From Blattabacterium cuenoti (GTDB lineage: Bacteria; Bacteroidota; Bacteroidia; Flavobacteriales; Blattabacteriaceae), in the NCBI GenBank assembly GCA_014251975.1, contig CP059204.1, positions 60,001 to 92,000 of the forward strand: a DNA stretch of 32,000 nucleotides, written 5' to 3'. The notes beneath the pieces are model-generated. The model was not told where the DNA came from. It was given only the letters and a program-made list of their open reading frames with translations, and did no database searches. Positions 10,446 to 19,861 of this stretch are shown here, piece after piece. The number at the start of each line of letters is the position of its first letter. The first letter of the stretch is position 1. A program made the translations under genes and the position numbers.

Positions 10446-11630
10446 ATGAAAAGAATAGTTGTTGGATTATCAGGAGGTGTTGATTCTAGTGTAGCAGCAT
10501 TAATTCTTAAAAAACAAGGATATGATGTAATTGGTATATTTATGGATAACTGGGATAATTCAAATTATGATTTTTCATGTATATGGAAAGAAGATAGTAT
10601 TTATGCTATGTTAGTCGCTAATAGACTAAATATACCTTTTCAAATAATAGATATGAAAAAAGAATATAAAAAATATGTACTTAATTACATGTTTAATGAA
10701 TATAAAAATGGTAATACACCTAACCCTGATATTCTATGTAATAGAAAAATAAAATTTAATTTTTTTTTAAAAATTGCTATAAATAATCTAAAAGCAAACT
10801 ACATTGCTACTGGACATTATGCAATTAAAAAAAAAATCAAGCATAATAATAAAACTATATACAAACTTTTAATAGGAAAAGATATAAATAAAGATCAATC
10901 ATATTTTTTATGTCAATTAAATCAATATCAACTTAAAAAATCTTTATTCCCACTAGGATATTTAACTAAAGAAAAAGTTAGGAATATCGCAAAAGATAAT
11001 GGATTAATAAATGCATTAAAAAAAGATTCACAGGGATTATGTTTTATTGGAAAAATAAAATTATCAAAATTTCTACATACAAGGATCCCAGAAAAAAAAG
11101 GTAAAATTATTAATATAGACTCTAATTCATTAATCTATAATAGAAAAAAAAGTTTTTCTTCTTCAGAAGAAAAACTTTTTTACTTATCAAGAAAACCAAA
11201 ATATAAAGTATCAGATGGTAAAATTATAGGATTTCATAAAGGTGCTTATTTATACACTAAAGGACAAAGAAAAGGTATTTCTATAGGGGGCCTTTCAGAA
11301 GCTGTTTTTGTTATAGATACTGATGTTAATAACAATATTGTTTATACTGGAATTGGGAAAAAACATCCAGGTTTATACAGAAAATATTTGTTTATAAAAA
11401 AAAATAACATTCATTGGATAAGAAATAATTTTAATTTAAATTCAATAAATAATACTATAAATGTTAAATGTAGAATTAGATACAGGCAACCATTACAATC
11501 ATCTATACTGCATAAATTTAAAGAAGGTATATTTATAGAATTCAAATATTATCAATACGCTATAACTGAAGGACAGTTTGCAGTATGGTATATTAAAAAA
11601 GAATTAATTGGTTCAGGTGTTATTTCTTAA
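10446..11630 (+). CDS. mnmA: tRNA 2-thiouridine(34) synthase MnmA
   Basis: The 394-aa product has the PP-loop VGLSGGVDSSVAA, NTPNPDILCN, ATGHYA, KDQSYFL and DSQGLCF. Confidence 0.95.
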   Translation: MKRIVVGLSGGVDSSVAALILKKQGYDVIGIFMDNWDNSNYDFSCIWKEDSIYAMLVANRLNIPFQIIDMKKEYKKYVLNYMFNEYKNGNTPNPDILCNRKIKFNFFLKIAINNLKANYIATGHYAIKKKIKHNNKTIYKLLIGKDINKDQSYFLCQLNQYQLKKSLFPLGYLTKEKVRNIAKDNGLINALKKDSQGLCFIGKIKLSKFLHTRIPEKKGKIINIDSNSLIYNRKKSFSSSEEKLFYLSRKPKYKVSDGKIIGFHKGAYLYTKGQRKGISIGGLSEAVFVIDTDVNNNIVYTGIGKKHPGLYRKYLFIKKNNIHWIRNNFNLNSINNTINVKCRIRYRQPLQSSILHKFKEGIFIEFKYYQYAITEGQFAVWYIKKELIGSGVIS

Positions 11631-12409
11631 TAATTTTATTAATAAAATAAAAACTATTAATAACAAATAATTATAAAATTACACAAACTTTTTTTTAAAA
11701 AAACTTTATTTTTGTGCTAAACTTATTAATCAAGATTTTATAAAATTATAATTAAGTATAATAGTTTAGAAAAAATTTTATAAATTTATATTGGTATTTG
11801 CAAAGAATATTTATTATAAATAAATTTTAAAAATGAAGTGTATTAATATTTAGGTTTTAGATATATTTTTTGGATATATACTGTAATTTTTTCATCTCAA
11901 TATCATATTTTAAAAAAAATAAAAATTAGTAATTATAATTAATAAATAGTATAATAACTTACTAAAAATTTAATTTCATTAATATCATAAAAATAGATTT
12001 ATTTGATATATTTTAATTTTTATACGTGCCACAATACGTATTTTATATTTGTGTTATATTATATAATACTGATATTTGAAAAATTATATTAAGTATCATA
12101 ATGTATGTAATAAATTTTTAAATAGAATAGTAATAAAATAATTATAGAAAAAATTATAATGAGAATTAAAATATTTAAAATATAGTGAATTATATAAAGT
12201 ATGTTATTTTATACGTAATTTAATACATGAAAAAAAATAACAAATAGTAAAAATATTTTTTATTATAATCTTAATCATAGTTTTAAATTGGTATAATATA
12301 ATATTTTTATTATTAAAATTTTTTGTAAAATTTATTATTTTAAATACTACTAATAAAAAAATTTAAATTATATAGATAGTGATTACCTAAATTAAGTAAT
12401 TACTTAAAA

Positions 12410-12498
12410 TACCCACGACTGGATTTGAACCAGCACATCTTTTTAATATAGATACCACCCCCTCAAGGTGGCGTGTCTACCAATTTCACCACGTGGGC
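12410..12498 (-). tRNA. tRNA-Leu (anticodon GAG)
   Basis: Folded by hand on the minus strand: acceptor GCCCACG/CGTGGGT (G1-U72 wobble), anticodon stem CCACC/GGTGG with loop TTGAGGG, a long variable arm (ATCT...AGAT), T arm GCTGG-TTCAAAT-CCAGT and discriminator A. No CCA is encoded. Confidence 0.92.
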
Positions 12499-12535
12499 AA
12501 AATAAATATTACAAATTTAATAAAATTTATTATTT

Positions 12536-13246
12536 ATGAAAATATCAATAGTAGGATATGGTAAAATGGGTAAATCTATAGAAAAAATTGCAAAAATTAG
12601 AAATCATAAAATATTATCGTGTAATAATAAAATTTTTTCTTATAATGATTTTTATAAAAAACCAGATGTAGTAATAGAATTTAGTCATCCTAAATCAGTA
12701 TTTAGGCATATTAAAATTTGTTTAGAAAATAGAATACCTATTGTTTCTGGAACTACAGGTTGGACAGATAAATTAAGTATTATAAAAAAAATGTGTAAAA
12801 ATTATAATGGAACTTTTTTATATTCATCTAATTTTAGTATTGGAATGAATATTTTTTGTAAAATAACTAACATATTATCTAAATTATTATATCCATATTC
12901 TAAAAAATATAAAGTTGAAATAGAAGAAATTCATCATAAAGAAAAAGTAGATAAACCTAGTGGAACATCTATTACTTTAGCTAAAGAAATAATTAATAAT
13001 AACATGAAAAAATTATGGACTATGAATAAAAATAATAATGATAATATTTTAATTATTTCAAAACGATTAAATAAAATAGTTGGAGAACATACTGTGAAAT
13101 TTTCTTCTGAAATAGAAGATATAAATATTAAACATGTAGCAAATAATAGAAATGGATTTTCTTTAGGAGCAATAACAGCAGCAGAATGGATTATTTTTAA
13201 TAAAAAAACAGGATATCATACTATGAAAGACGTATTAAATTTATAA
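12536..13246 (+). CDS. dapB: 4-hydroxy-tetrahydrodipicolinate reductase
   Basis: The 236-aa product has the N-terminal Rossmann motif IVGYGKMGK, GTTGW and the catalytic EIHHKEKVDKPSGTS motif. Confidence 0.93.
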   Translation: MKISIVGYGKMGKSIEKIAKIRNHKILSCNNKIFSYNDFYKKPDVVIEFSHPKSVFRHIKICLENRIPIVSGTTGWTDKLSIIKKMCKNYNGTFLYSSNFSIGMNIFCKITNILSKLLYPYSKKYKVEIEEIHHKEKVDKPSGTSITLAKEIINNNMKKLWTMNKNNNDNILIISKRLNKIVGEHTVKFSSEIEDINIKHVANNRNGFSLGAITAAEWIIFNKKTGYHTMKDVLNL

Positions 13247-13267
13247 AATATTATGTATTAAAATAAC

Positions 13268-14638
13268 ATGAAGTATTTTATTTTATTTATTAGTTTTAAA
13301 CTTTTAGAAAACATAATACACATATTAATAACTAATAATTTATACAAAAAGTTAGGTATATCTTATATTAAATATTGTATACCATTCTATAATATTATAG
13401 TTATTTTAAAAATTATAAAAAAACCATTATGGTTGAGTTTTTTTATAATTTTTCCGGTAACTAGTAATATTTTATATCTTTTTTTATGGAAACAATTAAT
13501 ATCTCTTTTTGGAAAGAATAAAATTATTGATAATATTTTATTTATGTTATCTATTGGAATATTTTATACTGGATATGTTAATTTTTCCAAGAATACAAAG
13601 TTATCTAAAAACTTAGATATAAATAATAACAGTAGATCTTATATAATTCCAATTATTTTAGCATTATTTTTAAATAGTTATTTAATTAATATATTTTTTA
13701 TACCTACTTCTTCTATGGAAAAAACTATATTAGTTGGTGATTTTGTATTAGTTAATAAAATAAATTATGGATTAAGAATACTAAAAGTCCCTAGTTATTT
13801 ATCAATTTTTAATTATTATAATAATAATTTTTTATCATTATTACGACCAAGTTATTTTCGTATTTTTAAAATAAATAAAATAAAAAGAAATGATATAGTA
13901 GTTTTTAATTTTCCTAAAAAATATAATAATATTTTTGAAAAAAAAGATAATTATCTAAAGAGATGTATTGGGGTTCCAGGTGATTTAATTTCTATTATAA
14001 ATGGTGTATTATTTGTAAATAATAAAAAAGAATATAATACGTCACAAAAACAACAATCTTATTTAATAACAACAATCAATAAACCTTTAGATTTAGGATA
14101 TCTTAAAAATAAAATGGATCTTGAAGAAGTAAATATTTTTTATAAAAAAAAAAATATTTTTCATTATAAAATTATGTTAACTAAGAAAAAGGTAAATTAC
14201 ATTAAAAAAATATTTAAAAATATAATTTCTATTAAACCCATAATTTATCCTATTTCTTTAATGGAAAATTTAATATTTAATGATTGTAGTATAAATAGAG
14301 ATTTTTTTGGTCCATTATATATTCCTAAAAAAGGAGAATTAATTGAAATTACTAAAAAAAATTATTCTATTTATAAAAATATACTTGAATATGAAAATAT
14401 TAAAATTATTAATAAAAATTTAAAAAAATATTATAAAGTTAATAATAATTATTATTTTATGATGGGGGATAATAGACATAATTCTTATGATTCTAGATAT
14501 TGGGGTTTAGTCCCAGAAGACAATATAATTGGAAAACTTTCATTTATATGGATGAGTATTGATTGGGATCAACAAGATCCTTTTAATTTTTCATATTGGA
14601 AAATACGTTATAATAGATTAATGACTAAAGTAAAATAA
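13268..14638 (+). CDS. lepB: Signal peptidase I (long Bacteroidota type)
   Basis: The 456-aa product has N-terminal TM segments, the catalytic Ser box [14 protein letters not shown], the Lys box KRCIGVPGD and [14 protein letters not shown]. Confidence 0.92.
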   Translation: MKYFILFISFKLLENIIHILITNNLYKKLGISYIKYCIPFYNIIVILKIIKKPLWLSFFIIFPVTSNILYLFLWKQLISLFGKNKIIDNILFMLSIGIFYTGYVNFSKNTKLSKNLDINNNSRSYIIPIILALFLNSYLINIFFIPTSSMEKTILVGDFVLVNKINYGLRILKVPSYLSIFNYYNNNFLSLLRPSYFRIFKINKIKRNDIVVFNFPKKYNNIFEKKDNYLKRCIGVPGDLISIINGVLFVNNKKEYNTSQKQQSYLITTINKPLDLGYLKNKMDLEEVNIFYKKKNIFHYKIMLTKKKVNYIKKIFKNIISIKPIIYPISLMENLIFNDCSINRDFFGPLYIPKKGELIEITKKNYSIYKNILEYENIKIINKNLKKYYKVNNNYYFMMGDNRHNSYDSRYWGLVPEDNIIGKLSFIWMSIDWDQQDPFNFSYWKIRYNRLMTKVK

Positions 14639-14664
14639 TAATTATATAATTTTTAAAAAATAAC

Positions 14665-16383
14665 TTAAAAAAATACAATAAAAAATATATTAATTATAAA
14701 AATATTATTTAAAATTAAGTATGCTGGTTTATAGTCTTTTGTTATATTTTTGCAATTTAATAAATCTTCTATTAATTTTTTCATTTGAAATGGTAATAAA
14801 GTATCTCCATGCTTTATAGAAATTGAAGTAACTATATGTTTTATTATAATTTTATTATTTTGTATATATTTATTTTTTACAAAATTGTATTTTAATATTG
14901 ATTTTAATATTTTAATTATAATTTCTATTTTTACGTTGTTTGGTATAGAATATAAATAAATATTTTTTCTATAAAAATAAAAAAGGAATCCTAATTTTAT
15001 TAGATTTTTTTTTATATAATTTAGTACAATTATTTCTTTTTTTAGTAATGGTATTTTAACAGGAGTAATTTTTATAAAAAATATTTTTTTTTCTTTAAAA
15101 TAATTATAAAGAATTTGTTTATGTATTTGATGTTGATCAAATAAAATTATATCTTCATTATTTGGATTAAAAATTATATATTTTTTATTAATTTGTAAAA
15201 TATTTTTAATTGATATATATTTTTTCCATTTTATAAAATATTTTTTACAATTTTCTATTTTAGAATATTTTACATTATTTAATAATTGTAAATGATCCTT
15301 CATACAATTTTCAAATTGTACTACATTTTCTTTATGTTTTTTTTTATATTCTTGATTTATATTGAAATTATTAATATTATTATCTATTTTATATTGATAA
15401 AATAATGTTTCTTTAATTTCCTTTTGTATTAAACATCCTATTTCTTCTTCTTTTTGAATTTTTACTTCTTTTTTATAGGGATGTATATTAAAATTTATTA
15501 AATTTACAGGTAAATTAATAAAAATAAAATATGAAATAGTTTTTAATCTTTTTAATATTTTTTTATAAGAATATATAATTTTTTTATGTAACTCATTATA
15601 TTTAACGTTTCTTTTATTTATCCATATTAATTGATTACCATTTTTTATTGTTAAGTTGTTAGGAATACTTATGAATCCATCTATAGTAATATTATTTTGT
15701 TTGATAAATATTGTTTTAAAATTATTAATTTCAACATTAAAAATATCTTTAATTCTATTTATTAAAGAATTTTTAGGGAAAAAAAAAATCATTTTACCAT
15801 TGTGATAAAATCTATATAATATATTTCTATGTGCAAGTACAATTTTATAAAATTCATTTATAATATATTTATATTCTTTTTCTGGAGATTTTAAATAATT
15901 TTTATTAATGGGATTTTGGTAAAATAAATTTTTTACAGATATTCTAGTACCATTTATCATATTTATTAAAATTTCTTTTTTAATCTTACCTTTTTCTATA
16001 AATAAATGTATACCAAGAAGACTATCTTTTGTTTTAGTTTTTATTTCCAATTGAGATACTAAAGATATAGAAGCTAAAGCTTCACCTCTAAATCCTTTTG
16101 AATGAATATTAAATAAATCATTAATATTTCTTATTTTTGAAGTTGCATGTTTATTTATACTCATTTTTGCATCATGAATGTTCATACCTATTCCATCATC
16201 CACTAATTGAATTAATTCATTCCCAAAATTTTTAATAAAAATATCAATTTTTTTTGCATTAGCATCAATAGAGTTTTCCAATAATTCTCTTAATACAGAA
16301 GAAGGCCTTTGTATTATTTCTCCTGAAGAAATTTGATTAATTACTTCTAATGGTAGTACTTTTATAACATTTTTATTATTCAT
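14665..16383 (-). CDS. mutL: DNA mismatch repair protein MutL (C-terminal motifs diverged)
   Basis: The N-terminal GHKL ATPase motifs are intact (LRELLENSIDA, DDGIGM, GFRGEALASIS, GTRISVKNLF). The C-terminal domain is recognisable around FDQHQIHKQILYN but is diverged. Confidence 0.9.
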   Translation of the reverse strand: MNNKNVIKVLPLEVINQISSGEIIQRPSSVLRELLENSIDANAKKIDIFIKNFGNELIQLVDDGIGMNIHDAKMSINKHATSKIRNINDLFNIHSKGFRGEALASISLVSQLEIKTKTKDSLLGIHLFIEKGKIKKEILINMINGTRISVKNLFYQNPINKNYLKSPEKEYKYIINEFYKIVLAHRNILYRFYHNGKMIFFFPKNSLINRIKDIFNVEINNFKTIFIKQNNITIDGFISIPNNLTIKNGNQLIWINKRNVKYNELHKKIIYSYKKILKRLKTISYFIFINLPVNLINFNIHPYKKEVKIQKEEEIGCLIQKEIKETLFYQYKIDNNINNFNINQEYKKKHKENVVQFENCMKDHLQLLNNVKYSKIENCKKYFIKWKKYISIKNILQINKKYIIFNPNNEDIILFDQHQIHKQILYNYFKEKKIFFIKITPVKIPLLKKEIIVLNYIKKNLIKLGFLFYFYRKNIYLYSIPNNVKIEIIIKILKSILKYNFVKNKYIQNNKIIIKHIVTSISIKHGDTLLPFQMKKLIEDLLNCKNITKDYKPAYLILNNIFIINIFFIVFF

Positions 16384-16411
16384 AAAATAAAGTCATTAAA
16401 TAAAAATTAAG

Positions 16412-17755
16412 TCAATCGGAAAAATTATTATTGTAAGTTATTTTTTCCCTAATTACTTCTATAGTTTTAATTCTTTTATTTTGTATACTTTTTATTATAA
16501 AATAATAATTTAAAAAATTAATCTTTTGTTTTAATTTAGGAAAATTTTTATTTATTTCCATAATAAAACCACCTAAAGTATCTGCTTCACCTTTTTTAGA
16601 TTCAAAAATAATTTTTTCTTTTATATTCATAATTTTATAAAAATTAATTAAAGTAGTTTTACCATCAAAAAAGTAATTATTATCACATATTTTTGAATAA
16701 GTCTCACTATATTTATCAAATTCATCTATAATATCACCTACTATCTCTTCAATTACATCTTCGAGTGTAACTATACCACAAGTACCTCCATATTCATCTA
16801 CTACAATAGCCAAATGAATTTTTCTTTTTTTAAAATCATTTAATAAATCATCTATTTTTTTATTATCTGGTACAAAAAAAGGTGGATATATTAATCTATT
16901 CCAATTTACATTATCTTTATTAATAAAAGGTATAAGATCTTTTGCATATAAAATACCTTCTATGTCGTCTATATTTTTATTATATACAGGAATTCTAGAA
17001 TAAACATTACAACGTATTAATTTTAATACATTATTGAAACTTATATTTTTATTTAAAGAAAATATATCTATTCTAGGAGTCATAATTTGATGTGTTTCTT
17101 TACTACTAAAATCGACGATACTTTGTAAAAAATTAATTTCTTTAATATTTTTTTTATTTGATGTTATTTTTAGCGCTTCTGAAAGTTGATCAATTGATAT
17201 TAAACATTTTTTTTGTCTTATTTTTTTTTCTATGCATCCTGTAATACTAATAATAATATTACTAATAGGATTAAATATTTTTAAAAGAAAAATTATTGGT
17301 TTTGACATAAAAATAGAAAATTTCATTTTATTTCTACTTGCATATATTTTAGGAATTATTTCGCCAAATAATAACAAAATAAAAGTTATAAAAACAACTT
17401 TTACTAAAAATATTATTGGTATACAATAATTTAAAATTAAAAAACATTTTTTTTTAAAAAAAATACTAATTAAATAAGAAGTTAAAATAACAATACCAAT
17501 ATTTGAAATATTATTAAATATTAATATTGTAGCTAAAAGTTTTTTTTTATTTTTTAAAATTATTAATAATAAATTTTCTTTATAAGAATCTTTTTTTATT
17601 TTTTTTTTTAAAATTTTTGAATTTAAACAAAAAAAAGATGTTTCTGAACCAGATATTAAAGCAGAAAAAAATAAAATAATTATTATTAATGTTAAATAAA
17701 AAAATAAATATAAAATTTTTTCTAAAAAAATATTATCCGAGAATTCTTTTGCCAC
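16412..17755 (-). CDS. DUF21-CBS-CorC/HlyC family membrane protein (hemolysin/GldE-like, CNNM family)
   Basis: The 447-aa product has N-terminal TM helices containing SGSETSFF, a tandem CBS region (MTPRIDIF...RIPVY, IHLAIVVDEYGGTCGIVTLEDVIEEIVGDI) and a C-terminal CorC_HlyC-like domain. It has a GTG start. Confidence 0.85.
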   Translation of the reverse strand: MAKEFSDNIFLEKILYLFFYLTLIIIILFFSALISGSETSFFCLNSKILKKKIKKDSYKENLLLIILKNKKKLLATILIFNNISNIGIVILTSYLISIFFKKKCFLILNYCIPIIFLVKVVFITFILLLFGEIIPKIYASRNKMKFSIFMSKPIIFLLKIFNPISNIIISITGCIEKKIRQKKCLISIDQLSEALKITSNKKNIKEINFLQSIVDFSSKETHQIMTPRIDIFSLNKNISFNNVLKLIRCNVYSRIPVYNKNIDDIEGILYAKDLIPFINKDNVNWNRLIYPPFFVPDNKKIDDLLNDFKKRKIHLAIVVDEYGGTCGIVTLEDVIEEIVGDIIDEFDKYSETYSKICDNNYFFDGKTTLINFYKIMNIKEKIIFESKKGEADTLGGFIMEINKNFPKLKQKINFLNYYFIIKSIQNKRIKTIEVIREKITYNNNFSD

Positions 17756-17943
17756 AAAAATTATATTAAAAATATGTTTTCAATATAACATAAAAAATAT
17801 TTTTTTTAAAATATTTTTTTTGTATTGTTATAAAAAAATTATATATAATTTAATTTTAGATCAATTTTACAAAAAATTGTTATATTTACTAAATAACTTA
17901 GTCCCCGAAAACCTTGTTATTTTTAATGAAATGATTTATTAAC

Positions 17944-18354
17944 ATGACAAAAGCAGACATAATAACAGAAATTATATTAGAAACTGGATATGATAGGGTT
18001 GATACGCAAAAAGTGATAGAAACTTTTATGAAAAAAATTAGAAATAGCCTAATTTCAGGAGAAAATGTATATTTAAGAGGATTTGGGTCTTTTATTGTAA
18101 AATATAGAGCCAAGAAGTTAGGTCGTAATATATCTAAAAATACTTCTATTATAATTCCTGAACATAACATACCAGCATTTAAACCCTCAAAATCTTTTAC
18201 TGATTCAGTAAAAAAAAATGTACCTACTGATTCAGTAAAAAAAAATGTACCTACTGATTCAGTAAAAAAAAATGTACCTACTGATTCAGTAAAAAAAAAT
18301 GTACCTACTGATTCAGTAAAAAAAAATGTACCTATAAAAATAAATAAAAAATAA
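17944..18354 (+). CDS. hup: HU-family DNA-binding protein with a C-terminal (TDSVKKNVP)x5 repeat tail
   Basis: Residues 1-85 match Bacteroidota HU (MTKADII...VYLRGFGSFIVKYRAKKLGRNISKNTSIIIPEHNIPAFKPSK). The remainder is five identical nonapeptide repeats followed by IKINKK. Confidence 0.93.
   Translation: MTKADIITEIILETGYDRVDTQKVIETFMKKIRNSLISGENVYLRGFGSFIVKYRAKKLGRNISKNTSIIIPEHNIPAFKPSKSFTDSVKKNVPTDSVKKNVPTDSVKKNVPTDSVKKNVPTDSVKKNVPIKINKK
18199..18333 (+). repeat. Perfect 27-bp tandem repeat, 5 copies (actgattcagtaaaaaaaaatgtacct), inside the HU gene
   Basis: I checked copy by copy: 18199-18225, 18226-18252, 18253-18279, 18280-18306 and 18307-18333 are identical. Each copy contains an A9 run. 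Confidence 0.98.
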
Positions 18355-18360
18355 ATAATT

Positions 18361-18453
18361 ATGCCAAATGGGAAAAAAAGAAAAAGAAAAAAAATAGCTA
18401 CTCATAAAAGAAAAAAAAGAAGAAGAAAAAATAGACACAAGAAAAAGATATAA
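18361..18453 (+). CDS. 30-aa Lys/Arg-rich peptide, bS22-like (AURKAIP1/COX24-type) small ribosomal protein candidate
   Basis: My hand translation is MPNGKKRKRKKIATHKRKKRRRKNRHKKKI followed by a stop. It resembles the MPxGKKRKRxKxATHKRKKRxRxNRHKKK peptides annotated in Bacteroidota (recalled from memory, not searched). It is below the ORF-track length cutoff. Confidence 0.6.
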   Translation: MPNGKKRKRKKIATHKRKKRRRKNRHKKKI

Positions 18454-18483
18454 AATAACTAATAATATACTTTATAACTATTT

Positions 18484-18567
18484 GTGGATGTGGTGAAAAT
18501 GGTAGACACGTCAGAATTAGAATCTGATGCTTATAAAAGCGTAAGGGTTCAAATCCCTTCATCCACA
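18484..18567 (+). tRNA. tRNA-Leu (anticodon UAG)
   Basis: Folded by hand: acceptor GTGGATG/CATCCAC, anticodon stem TCAGA/TCTGA with loop ATTAGAA, variable arm GCTT-ATAA-AAGC, T arm AAGGG-TTCAAAT-CCCTT and discriminator A. Its last 9 nt overlap the 3' end of gltA on the opposite strand. Confidence 0.92.
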
Positions 18568-19812
18568 TTTAATAATATTTCTTTTTTTATTACCTATATA
18601 TATTTGTCTAGGTCTACCTATAGGATCGTTATTATTCCTTATTTCTTTCCAATGAGCCATCCACCCTGGTAATCTTCCTAATGCGAACATTACAGTAAAC
18701 ATATTTTTTGGGATTCCTATAGCTTGATAAACAATACCAGAATAGAAATCAATATTAGGGTATAGCTTTTTTTCTTTAAAATATGAATCACTAAGTGCAT
18801 ATTTTTCCAAATTTTTAGCTAAATCTAAAATTGGATCAGAAATATTTAATTTTTTAATCAGATCTTCAGCTATTTTTTTAGCTATCTGTGCTCTAGGATC
18901 AAAATTTTTATAAATTCTATGTCCAAAACCCATTAGTCTGAATGGATCCTTTTTATTTTTAGCTTTATTAATCCATTTTTTTAAATTTCCTCCACTTTTC
19001 AATATGTTTTCTAACATTTCTATTACTTCTTGGTTAGCACCACCATGACGTTTACCCCAAAGTGCATTAATACCAGCAGATACAGAAGAATATAAATTTG
19101 TATGAGAAGAACCTAACAAACGTACTGTAGTGGTTGAACAATTTTGTTCATGATCAGCATGTAATATTAATAATTTATCTAAAGCATCTATTATAATATA
19201 ATTTGGTTTATGTTCCCTATTTTTTTCTGAAAACAACATTTTTAACAAATTAGATGTATAATATGACTTTTGATCAGTACAAGGTGGTGTTAAATTTCTT
19301 TTAATCCTATAAGCTAAAGATGCTAATATAGGCATTTTAGCTAATAAATATAAATATTTATCCTCATTTTTTATATTAAATATAGTTAATAAATTAATTA
19401 AAGATGACAATATCCCCATTGGATGACACTCTTTTGGTATTTTATTAGAAATTGACAAAATTTCTTCATCAAGAAAATTAAATTTTTTTATTTTTTTTGA
19501 AAAATTGTCTATATCTATAGAATCAGGTAATTCTCCATTTAAAATAAGATAACTAGTTTCTAAAAATGAACATTTATCAATAACTTGTTCAATAGGATAT
19601 CCTCTGTATAAAAGTATACCCTTTCTTCCATCTATAAAACTTATAGAACTCTTAGTAATACCTGTATTTTTAAGTCCTGGATCAAAAGTAATAAATCCTG
19701 TATCTTCTCTTAATTTATTAAAATTAATTGCTTTATCATTATTATATGTTCCATAAGTTGTAGAAAATTTATAATTATATCTATCTATTTCTAAATTAAC
19801 ATTACTGCACAT
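18559..19812 (-). CDS. gltA: Citrate synthase
   Basis: The 417-aa product has LILHADHEQNCSTTTVRL, GFGHRIYKNFDPRA and NIDFYSG...RPRQIY. The stop codon is TGA. Confidence 0.96.
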   Translation of the reverse strand: MCSNVNLEIDRYNYKFSTTYGTYNNDKAINFNKLREDTGFITFDPGLKNTGITKSSISFIDGRKGILLYRGYPIEQVIDKCSFLETSYLILNGELPDSIDIDNFSKKIKKFNFLDEEILSISNKIPKECHPMGILSSLINLLTIFNIKNEDKYLYLLAKMPILASLAYRIKRNLTPPCTDQKSYYTSNLLKMLFSEKNREHKPNYIIIDALDKLLILHADHEQNCSTTTVRLLGSSHTNLYSSVSAGINALWGKRHGGANQEVIEMLENILKSGGNLKKWINKAKNKKDPFRLMGFGHRIYKNFDPRAQIAKKIAEDLIKKLNISDPILDLAKNLEKYALSDSYFKEKKLYPNIDFYSGIVYQAIGIPKNMFTVMFALGRLPGWMAHWKEIRNNNDPIGRPRQIYIGNKKRNIIKCG

Positions 19813-19861
19813 AATTTATAGAAATTTATATTTTACATAAAAATATAAAAAAATAATTTTT

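Noticed and set aside
14639-14664. Gene orientation switches here, mostly plus strand to the left and mostly minus strand to the right, converging at lepB/mutL. This could be a replication terminus.
   Set aside because: The minus-strand block contains several plus-strand genes (hup, tatD, exonuclease, yebC). No dif-like site was recognised in the 26-bp gap, and strand skew was not computed, so the idea is too speculative to report as a finding.
18199-18333. Whether the regular 27-bp repeat could be a CRISPR array or another non-coding repeat locus.
   Set aside because: The units are directly adjacent with no spacers. They are in frame with the upstream HU domain and run on to an in-frame stop, so this is a coding tandem repeat.
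18484-18672. A 62-aa plus-strand ORF (MDVVKMVDTSELESDAYKSVRVQIPSS...).
   Set aside because: Its first 84 nt are the tRNA-Leu(UAG) gene and the rest is antisense to the conserved 3' end of gltA, so it is not a protein gene.
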